Positions 1 through 6,372 of a stretch of DNA of 6,372 nucleotides are shown in pieces; the first letter of the stretch is position 1, and each line of letters starts with the position of its first letter. The stretch spans positions 1 through 6,372 of the forward strand of contig NW_002061179.1 of assembly GCF_000150275.1 (NCBI RefSeq). Reading direction: 5' to 3'. Source of the DNA: Trichoplax adhaerens. Its lineage: Eukaryota > Animalia > Placozoa. Under the pieces are notes generated by a model. It was not told the DNA's origin, did no database searches, and worked only from the letters and a program-made list of their open reading frames with translations. The position numbers and the translations under genes are program-made.

Positions 1-63
1 TGTTTTGCTGGCGCACGGTTACACTAAACAACTTCTATGCATTAATACCTTCTTCTACATCAG
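1..63 (+). CDS. Possible 3' end of an upstream coding exon of the same gene (FCWRTVTLNNFYALIPSSTS)
   Basis: Frame 3 is open from the window start to TCAG|gttgta at 63/64 (or T|gtaaca at 66/67). Both donors are phase 1 and compatible with the exon at 1053. The sequence switches to an A-rich microsatellite right afterwards. The donors are weak and the exon is cut off by the window edge. Confidence 0.35.
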
Positions 64-73
64 GTTGTAACAT

Positions 74-95
74 ACAATAACAATAACAATAACAA
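74..95 (+). repeat. (ACAATA)n microsatellite, about 3.7 copies
   Basis: Read directly: acaata acaata acaata acaa. Shorter echoes occur near 172-182 and 1803-1814. Confidence 0.7.
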
Positions 96-408
96 CAGCG
101 ACTAATAATAAACAAACATTATATTAGTTTCCTATACCGAGCCTTACAACATAGGTATAAACAAATTTATCACAATAACAAATAAACACATATTACCTAA
201 ACAACAGAACAATACGTCGGTGTGATATAACACTGTCACAGTGTATATGTGTCACTGTCATAAAAAGTTAGTGCTATATTAAAATACGGTATATCCAAGT
301 TAGAAGTTAACTAAATAAGGATAGGCTAACAGAATTATCCTGACATAGATATTTCTACTCTAATACAGTATATAACACTGTGACAATACTACATAAATTA
401 TATTACTG

Positions 409-447
409 TCACTCACACCCAATACTTTGGGATTATTATGTGAGTGA
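409..447. repeat. Bulged inverted repeat (potential hairpin)
   Basis: tcactcaca (409-417) pairs with tgtgagtga (439-447). cccaa (418-422) pairs with ttggg (427-431), leaving a 4-nt loop and a 7-nt bulge. Confidence 0.55.
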
Positions 448-1052
448 TCAACTAACTTACGAGCTACTTAGTCACTGTAACTAACTACTGAGAGATACTG
501 TAAGTAAGACTAACGATTTCCTCACAAGTATAATAAGTGGCTTGTTGTAAGATTAGTTTTATGAGTTTTTACTTATATTCATACAATGAAAGTATAGTAC
601 CTTATCATACAGTATTGGTGCTAATTTAAATATCATTGTAAATAATAATTAACCCAGATTTTCAATTAATACTTCATGTAATAAATAATTTTAGAGACTA
701 ACAAACTAATTTACAAAATACGATGACTAGTATCGTAAAAACTACTTGTATATGCTTAATTAGTAAAATTAAAGTGATGAATTGCTTTCAATTTTAGTAT
801 ATCTAATTCATCGTGAACAGCTTTCAATCATTTTACCACTCGTTACGGATGTCTGATAATTGATCGATAATGTAATATTTTTATTCTTTTCTTCTTGCTT
901 GACATCTTACGTGTATTAGTAATAGTAATTAACTGCAATATAGTTACTTTTTTAAGTAAGTTAGTCTATAATTATCAAATAAATGTTAGATTACAAGTTC
1001 CGTAAATAAGGGCTGATCACAGTTACTTTTTATCAACGTGCATCCTAAATAG

Positions 1053-1139
1053 AGGCATACACGCCGAGATCTTTCTCATGTATGGGAGAAATAACATCAA
1101 GCATAAAGAATGAAGCATCAATCTCATCAACATTTGAAG
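1053..1139 (+). CDS. Coding exon, 87 nt, phase 1-1: (x)AYTPRSFSCMGEITSSIKNEASISSTFE
   Basis: Acceptor catcctaaatag, strong donor GAAG|gtaagg, length a multiple of 3, and Ser/Thr-rich like the next exon. The final G plus AT at 2585 gives Asp in the frame of the long ORF. Confidence 0.68.
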
Positions 1140-4100
1140 GTAAGGCACGGCTATTTATTTTTACTTTCTTACTTGTACAGTAGAAGTGTGATAAACATGA
1201 GCTAGATATAGTATTTGCTATCCTATAAGACTAAAATCGTAAATCAATTACCATAAAGACTTCTTTATCTGTCGTATTTCTTCCTAATATATTAGATGTT
1301 ATCTAGCGTTAGTTCCAAATATATGAAGTTAGTATTTGCTCCTTTGCTTAGCAAAATCAAAAATGTGGTAGTTCATATAAGACTCCAAAAATTCTACAAA
1401 CGTCTCTTCTTTATTTATTGCTCTCTAACTATCAGGCCTAGTATAGGTTTTAAGAGATTATATGCCTATAATTGTTTTTGAGGTACAAAACTTAAGTAAT
1501 AGTCTAATACGGAGTTTTACGACATCATAACATTATTACATTTCGTATATCCAAGGTACAGGCAACCCAAAATAGTATCAACATTTTATTTTGACGGCAT
1601 AACATATTCTTTACATTGGTAGTGGCGTTTATTTTCACAATAAAGGGAAAAGTGAATTTAGGATATATGATTGTAATATTATATCGTGATAATAATTTTA
1701 AATTCTAATATTATAAGCATTTGATAGTATAAGGTATTTTACACATTGTTAGCGGTATTCAGTTACACACTAAAGGGAAACATAGAGCTATGACAATACA
1801 TGCAATAACAATAATGACATTTTTAATTGTTATATCACGATGCTAATTATAAATTTTAATATTAGAGTAACATATGCACTCAATCTTCGAAAATTTACTA
1901 TCTCATGCAGTATGTGATTTTATCAGTATACTGGTAATTAAAATTACATAACGAATTAAATGAAATCGATAAACAGTAATTATAATTGAGAGAATGTGAT
2001 AAATTAAAAGTTGATTGAAAGCTTACATTGGGGATAGACTAGAAATTGAAAACATTTTTTAAATTATAATTTAAACGAAAAGGCTTAATGATTTTTATTA
2101 GGATTAAGTAGAATACAAGCTAAGCAGTATATAAATTAATACAGATATTTATAGATAAAGGAGAGACAGCTATAGTATAACATTCTTTTAGAAAATTTAG
2201 CATTCATGTCTACTATATTGTGAACGCTTAAATTGCATTACCGGTATTCAAAGGCTAGACACTAGAAAACCTACAGTAATTTTTATAGAATAGAGCTTGG
2301 ATTCTAATATAGCTTGCATTACTCTAGAAATTACTAAAGCATCTAGCTATTAGTATCAGATATGTTATCTTTATAATTCTCAAATTTTAAATTAAATTCA
2401 ACGCAGAAGCATTTTTACGACAGATTGTGTGATAATTATAATTGTAACCTGATGTAAATACAAACCATACAGCTGGTTTTACAAGAAAATATGAGTAAAT
2501 ATTTTTAGAATTTTTTGATAAGTTGTATTTATCAACGTAGCTCACTTTTAGTTCGTACCGTTTTTAATTTATTTCATGTTATAGATATTCGCATTAGCAG
2601 CAGCAGTATTGCTGTGTTGGAATTCTTGTCTGATATTGGAAATACTTCAGTGGCTGAATCTCGTAGTGCTCTGCATACATGGCATGAGCATAGCTCAAAT
2701 GTCGTTGATACTCCGTCCATATTTTATATGACAGGTAGCAGCATACCAGCGAGCACCGATAATTCATTGACGTCTTGGCTACCATCTGATTCGTTAGCAT
2801 CTATTTCTTACGTTGATTCCGTTAGTTCCACATTAGGAGATAGTTATAACGTTGGTAGTGCTAGTTTGATTGCGAGCATTAGCAGTGATGGCGCTATATC
2901 TAGGTCGATAGAGAATTTAAACAGCTTTGTATCTCTAAGTGTAATTCCCTCTGAAAGTTACATTCCTTCTTTATCAAGCTCTACTAATGCAAGGCAAAAT
3001 ATATCAAACAGTATTTTACTGAATTTACACGAATCATCGAATGATATATCGTTTCAGATCTCCAAAAGTAGCTCAGTAAAATCTGCACTTTTCTTATTTA
3101 TCGAGAGTTCTTCTTGCAAAGACAAACTCATAACTTCAGGGGAATGGTTCAACCCTAGTTCCATTGGTCAACTAAATTTTTACTCGTCTGATTACTTTAA
3201 ATGGGATACAACATCTGATAATATGCAAAGTAGCACCATCCAGAATTTAAATTTAGGAATTCCTCAGCAAACACAAATAGGACTGGAGTCTCTTTATAGT
3301 TCTAAGCAGTACGACGGCTCTAGCAGTGCATATGATTCATCAATTGAAAATGAGTATCCTGCGTTTATGATTGAAGATGATGCAATTAACGCGTCTTTAA
3401 CATCCAATGCTTCTGTCTCAGCAACGTTGCCTTTCAGTAAAAATAACTGGATTGAATTTTTCAAGCCTAATTCTGTACTAGGAAGCTTCGCATTATCAAC
3501 TTCCATATCAACGTCCAAGAACAATCCAAGTTGGATTAAATCTTCACTTGAGCACCATATCAACGCTTCGAAATTAATGTTGCAGAGCATCGAAAGTGCT
3601 AACTTATTAACATCAAGTATTGTATTACCTTCCATTCATCCTATTTCTGCTACGATTGCATCGCAAGCGATTCAAATTGATAATATTTTGGATTATGTAA
3701 GTTGCTTGGAAAATACAATAACTTAAAATTTATTACCTACGGTTAAGAGCCCGATTTTTCTTTGTATGACATGCTATTAGATTGTAAGGGTAATATTATT
3801 CTGTATTGTAGACATTAGAATCAGTATTTTACTTTAATTGTTTTATTTTAATACTCATGCAGGCTAATATTGCTTATAGATTAAACTTTGGCATAATTTT
3901 TATCGATTGATCTAGATTTATAATGCAGAGAAGATCGATAGCGCTCACTGTAATTACATTGTTAATGCTGTTCGCCATCTAAGCACTGAACTTAGTGGAA
4001 ATAAAGCTGAATCGTACATAGACGGATTGTCCATAATGAGCAACAAATTGATCTTAAATGATACCACTATAGATATAAAACGAAATATTTTGGAGGTTAG

Positions 4101-5591
4101 TATGACCTAGAATCGATTATAGCTTAAAAGATAGGAGTTTTAGTCATTAATGAAGCAGTTATATTTTCCTAGACTATTATTTATTTTATGGACACATTAA
4201 ACGCCAAGTTTACCGGTACTGATGCTTCTAAGGTATATTATAAATAACTACGTTCACGATCAGAAAATCAATCCGTAATAAAATAAGAGCTAGCGTTTAT
4301 TACAACCTATTCTCGATATCAATTAAAAACTTGCTCGACTAACGTACATTTAAAATTTAAAGTTCCTAGTCATAAGCGAATCATATAGTTCTCAAATATG
4401 TACATTAATATGAATTAATTTATATCTTATTGAAAGCTAGAAGATAATAATAATTGTATTCATATTCTAGAATGCTTTGAAGGCTACAACTCAGATGAAT
4501 ATTATAAATGAAATCGGGAATAGAATTGCACTTACATTACCAATAGGTGCTTCTTTTAGTGTATCTTACTGCAAGGAGGCTTGTAAGTATGCAAAAGAGT
4601 TAATTTATTGCTTTAATAGAATACCTTAGATTATCGATGTAGAGTCATTTTACTAATACTATTTATTGTTGGTGATTGTAAATAAATGAGATAATTTAGT
4701 ACTTAATGTTGCTAGGTTCTAATCTTACTATTCAAGTTCAGAATGGAACAGAATTTCGAAAGACAGGATACCGAATAGCTTACAATTCATCTAGGACAGA
4801 AAAAGTTGCAATTCAGCTTTCTAATGATGCTTTTAATTCAGGTAGACTCTACTATTTCTTTACTCATACAGGTATTTGGTTATGTAAGATTCATTTATGT
4901 GCTCGAGTTGTAGTAGTATATGAATGATATGTTTATTTAATTGGAATAGATACATATAATGAAACTTGTTTCTATTCTTCCTAAGATTTCAGAGCTTAGA
5001 AATATCAGCATCATAGCATGTCCATTACAATTTAATTCTCTCTTACCGTGCGATACGCAATATCCTTTAAATAAAATGATATTTTAGGAGCTATTCTTTT
5101 TTTAGGCGGCCGAGTTGAAATAGTATCTGGAAAGTACGCCTTTCTAAATAAACTACTTGATGGTAACTCCAATCTACAGTAGGTTTCTTTTTCAGGGTAG
5201 CTTTAAATGGAATGATTAACACAGAATTAGATTATCGATAAGCGTGTAGCATGGACTTTACTATAAGATATTACTGCTATAAAATAATGCTTAAAAACTC
5301 CGTCTCTCTATTTTTCTAAACTGCTAGGAAATCCCTTGTATCGGATATTGTCGTTTGCAAAGTTAATCCTTTACCACCCAGCGGCATCAACGAATTCTTT
5401 ACTTTTTCAACATCCAATCTTACTACTATGGATAAAACTAACTCGGTAGGGTAAAGACAAGCACTTTATCAGTCTTGCCTCTAAAGTTAATAGAAGAGTT
5501 ACTAAGATTAAAGTCATCGATTGATTTCGAATTTTCCGTAGATGGATCACAGTTATACTATTAAATGTGTCTACTGGAATATTGAGTCTAG
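1053..5591 (+). CDS. Partial multi-exon gene: extracellular region (Ser-rich stalk, GAIN domain, start of GPS) of a probable adhesion GPCR; polycystin-1-like not excluded. join(1053-1139,2585-3696,3916-4095,4471-4582,4716-4841,5106-5178,5328-5445,5542-5591), 5'- and 3'-partial
   Basis: Seven internal GT-AG introns of 1445, 219, 375, 133, 264, 149 and 96 nt, with phases 1,0,0,1,1,2,0, keep the frame open. C-terminal translation: IDNILDY|IYNAEKIDSAHCNYIVNAVRHLSTELSGNKAESYIDGLSIMSNKLILNDTTIDIKRNILE|NALKATTQMNIINEIGNRIALTLPIGASFSVSYCKEA|CSNLTIQVQNGTEFRKTGYRIAYNSSRTEKVAIQLSNDAFNS|GGRVEIVSGKYAFLNKLLDGNSNL|QKSLVSDIVVCKVNPLPPSGINEFFTFSTSNLTTMDKTNS|MDHSYTIKCVYWNIES. The order of elements matches the GAIN fold as I recall it from latrophilins: helical subdomain A, then IQLS, a beta-strand plus Y-x-x-L-x-x-LL, an S-x-I/V-V strand, FTF, and C-x-Y/F-W. 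Many N-glycosylation sequons are present (NTS, NIS, NAS x3, NDT, NLT x2, NGT, NSS). The family call is by eye, with no HMM run. Confidence 0.82.
1613..1866 (+). repeat. Diverged two-copy tandem duplication within the 1445-nt intron
   Basis: 1613-1650 vs 1743-1780 match at 30/38 ungapped positions, both ending taaagggaaa. 1679-1715 vs 1830-1866 match at 30/37. The offsets of 130 and 151 imply a ~21-nt indel in the poorly aligned middle. Confidence 0.75.
2585..3696 (+). CDS. Large coding exon (1112 nt, 371 aa) encoding a Ser-rich low-complexity, mucin-like stalk and the start of the GAIN helical region
   Basis: Lies within ORF 2515-3726. T-rich acceptor tttttaatttatttcatgttatag| at 2584, donor GATTAT|gtaagt at 3697. 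Hand count is about 91 Ser in 371 aa (~25%). GC content is visibly higher than in the flanks. Confidence 0.88.
3916..4095 (+). CDS. Coding exon, 180 nt, phase 0-0, amphipathic helices (GAIN subdomain A-like)
   Basis: Acceptor ttttttatcgattgatctag|, 60 open codons IYNAEK...KRNILE, donor GAG|gttagt. Confidence 0.85.
4471..4582 (+). CDS. Coding exon, 112 nt, phase 0-1: NALKATTQMNIINEIGNRIALTLPIGASFSVSYCKEA
   Basis: Acceptor ttgtattcatattctag|, donor T|gtaagt, open frame, and a helix-to-strand transition as expected at the GAIN A/B boundary. Confidence 0.85.
4716..4841 (+). CDS. Coding exon, 126 nt, phase 1-1: (C)SNLTIQVQNGTEFRKTGYRIAYNSSRTEKVAIQLSNDAFNS
   Basis: Acceptor atgttgctag|, the same frame as ORF 4706-4927, and donor CAG|gtagac. 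The 3' end is uncertain because in-frame donors also follow 4871 and 4883. Confidence 0.78.
5106..5178 (+). CDS. Coding exon, 73 nt, phase 1-2: (G)GRVEIVSGKYAFLNKLLDGNSNL(Q)
   Basis: Strong acceptor ctattctttttttag|, donor CA|gtaggt. Its phases bridge the flanking exons exactly, and the peptide resembles the GAIN strand plus Y-x-x-L-x-x-LL motif. Confidence 0.78.
5328..5445 (+). CDS. Coding exon, 118 nt, phase 2-0: KSLVSDIVVCKVNPLPPSGINEFFTFSTSNLTTMDKTNS
   Basis: Pyrimidine-rich acceptor ctctctatttttctaaactgctag|, donor TCG|gtaggg. LVSDIVVCKV and FTF resemble the GAIN-B strands that precede the GPS. Confidence 0.82.
5542..5591 (+). CDS. Coding exon, 50 nt, phase 0-2: MDHSYTIKCVYWNIES(R/S), N-terminal half of the GPS motif
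   Basis: Acceptor attttccgtag|, consensus donor AG|gtgagt. C-V-Y-W matches the conserved C-x-[FY]-W that opens the GPS (GPCR proteolysis site). Confidence 0.85.
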
Positions 5592-6372
5592 GTGAGTTAA
5601 AATGAATTTTGGGAAGGCATTGCATAAATTCGGGAACTATTCCAACTGTATCATTAGTTTATCGGCAACTCTGAAATCTTACTTAAATTGAGCAGTCTTG
5701 CAGCCCTTGAGTTTTACGACCCTTTATGGTTAAAATATTATGAGCAAAATCAGCAAGAGTTATTTACAATATTGGGTAAAATCCGATCACGAAAATTTCA
5801 AAGTTGTAGAAAGTTAGAACTTTATTAGATCTAATACAAAGACTAGCTACACACCGCTCTACTCTAGCCGAATACATCTACTGAATGACTTCTAGAAAGA
5901 ATAATCAGATAATCTAATGTCTCCTTCATTTATACCCTCCGTAGCCTTAGCAGCTACAATCTGTATAGCAGTATTCTACCATATTTTAAACATATTCACC
6001 TTATTATTAGTCACAATATTTTACAGCGAACCATCATTAATCCAATGTAAAAATGATTACAGTATTTTCGCAGACATTATTCCTACTACTCAAAGTGCAA
6101 TGAATTAAGTATATCCTAATACATGATTTACAATTCTATTTCTGTCTGTAGCCTTATCAGAAGCTCAACATCTTACTGTATATAAACATGCTACTCTAGA
6201 TATTACAATGCCGTATTACATTTGATAGAAAGTAAAGTTTATAATATTTATAATGCCGGTTATTTCAAGTAGCATTTCCCTCTTACAATATGAGATAGGG
6301 ACTCCTTTCACCTATAGTAGCGATATCAGTATCCAATTTAAATGAACATAACTCCGAAATTATCGATAATAG

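Noticed and set aside
719-737. Near-palindrome tacgat-g-actagt-atcgta, and scattered 9-11 nt repeats such as agttacttttt and attgaaagct
   Set aside because: These are too short to exceed chance in DNA that is roughly 70% AT.
1296-1481. 61-aa ORF after an AG at 1295
   Set aside because: In the required phase 1 it stops at once (AT GTT ATC TAG). The K/F/I/L/Y-rich translation is typical of random AT-rich DNA.
3294-3635. 113-aa minus-strand ORF, and the 68-aa ORF at 2594-2800
   Set aside because: Both are antisense shadows of the Ser-rich exon with no recognisable motifs.
2515-3726. 403-aa ORF as a standalone single-exon gene
   Set aside because: It begins at TTG in T-rich intron-like sequence. 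A good acceptor (2584) and donor (3697) lie inside it and connect in frame to neighbouring exons, so its ends are intron read-through.
5407-5625. 72-aa minus-strand ORF
   Set aside because: It overlaps two well-supported + strand exons and their intron and has no features of its own.
5696-5774. Phase-2-compatible open frame LAALEFYDPLWLKYYEQNQQELFTIL as the next exon
   Set aside because: The acceptor is poor (aaattgagcag) and none of the GPS cysteines or glycine are present.
5917-6108. Hydrophobic 63-aa ORF as a transmembrane exon, or CKNDYSIFA as the end of the GPS
   Set aside because: It lacks W-x-x-x-GC and H-L-T/S, the C-to-F spacing is wrong, and I see no convincing splice donor. Hydrophobic translation is expected from T-rich sequence.
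1-6372. CRISPR array, prokaryotic operon, tRNA/rRNA or transposase
   Set aside because: I see no regularly spaced repeats, no dense ORF packing, no recognisable RNA-gene motifs and no transposase or reverse-transcriptase motifs. The exon-intron structure explains the coding signal.

Overview
AT-rich eukaryotic genomic DNA, probably from an animal with a compact genome. A placozoan or other early-branching metazoan is a guess from intron size and composition and is not established. The window lies inside one intron-containing + strand gene that the ORF track shows only as fragments. Eight exons join through canonical GT-AG introns with matching phases: 1053-1139, 2585-3696, 3916-4095, 4471-4582, 4716-4841, 5106-5178, 5328-5445 and 5542-5591. 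Together they give 1858 nt (about 619 aa) with no stop codon. The product is an extracellular region: a 371-aa Ser-rich stalk followed directly by a GAIN-like domain that ends in the first half of a GPS motif (TIKCVYWNIE). This points to an adhesion GPCR, or less likely a polycystin-1-like protein. The start codon, the rest of the GPS (W-x-x-x-GC...HL/T) and the membrane segments are not in the window. The introns hold a diverged ~130-150 bp tandem duplication, a motif and hairpin cluster, a short microsatellite and repeated ATCGAT palindromes. I see no prokaryotic, CRISPR, RNA-gene or transposase features, and no clearly new biological system. The most unusual leads are candidate alternative splicing events inside the GAIN domain.
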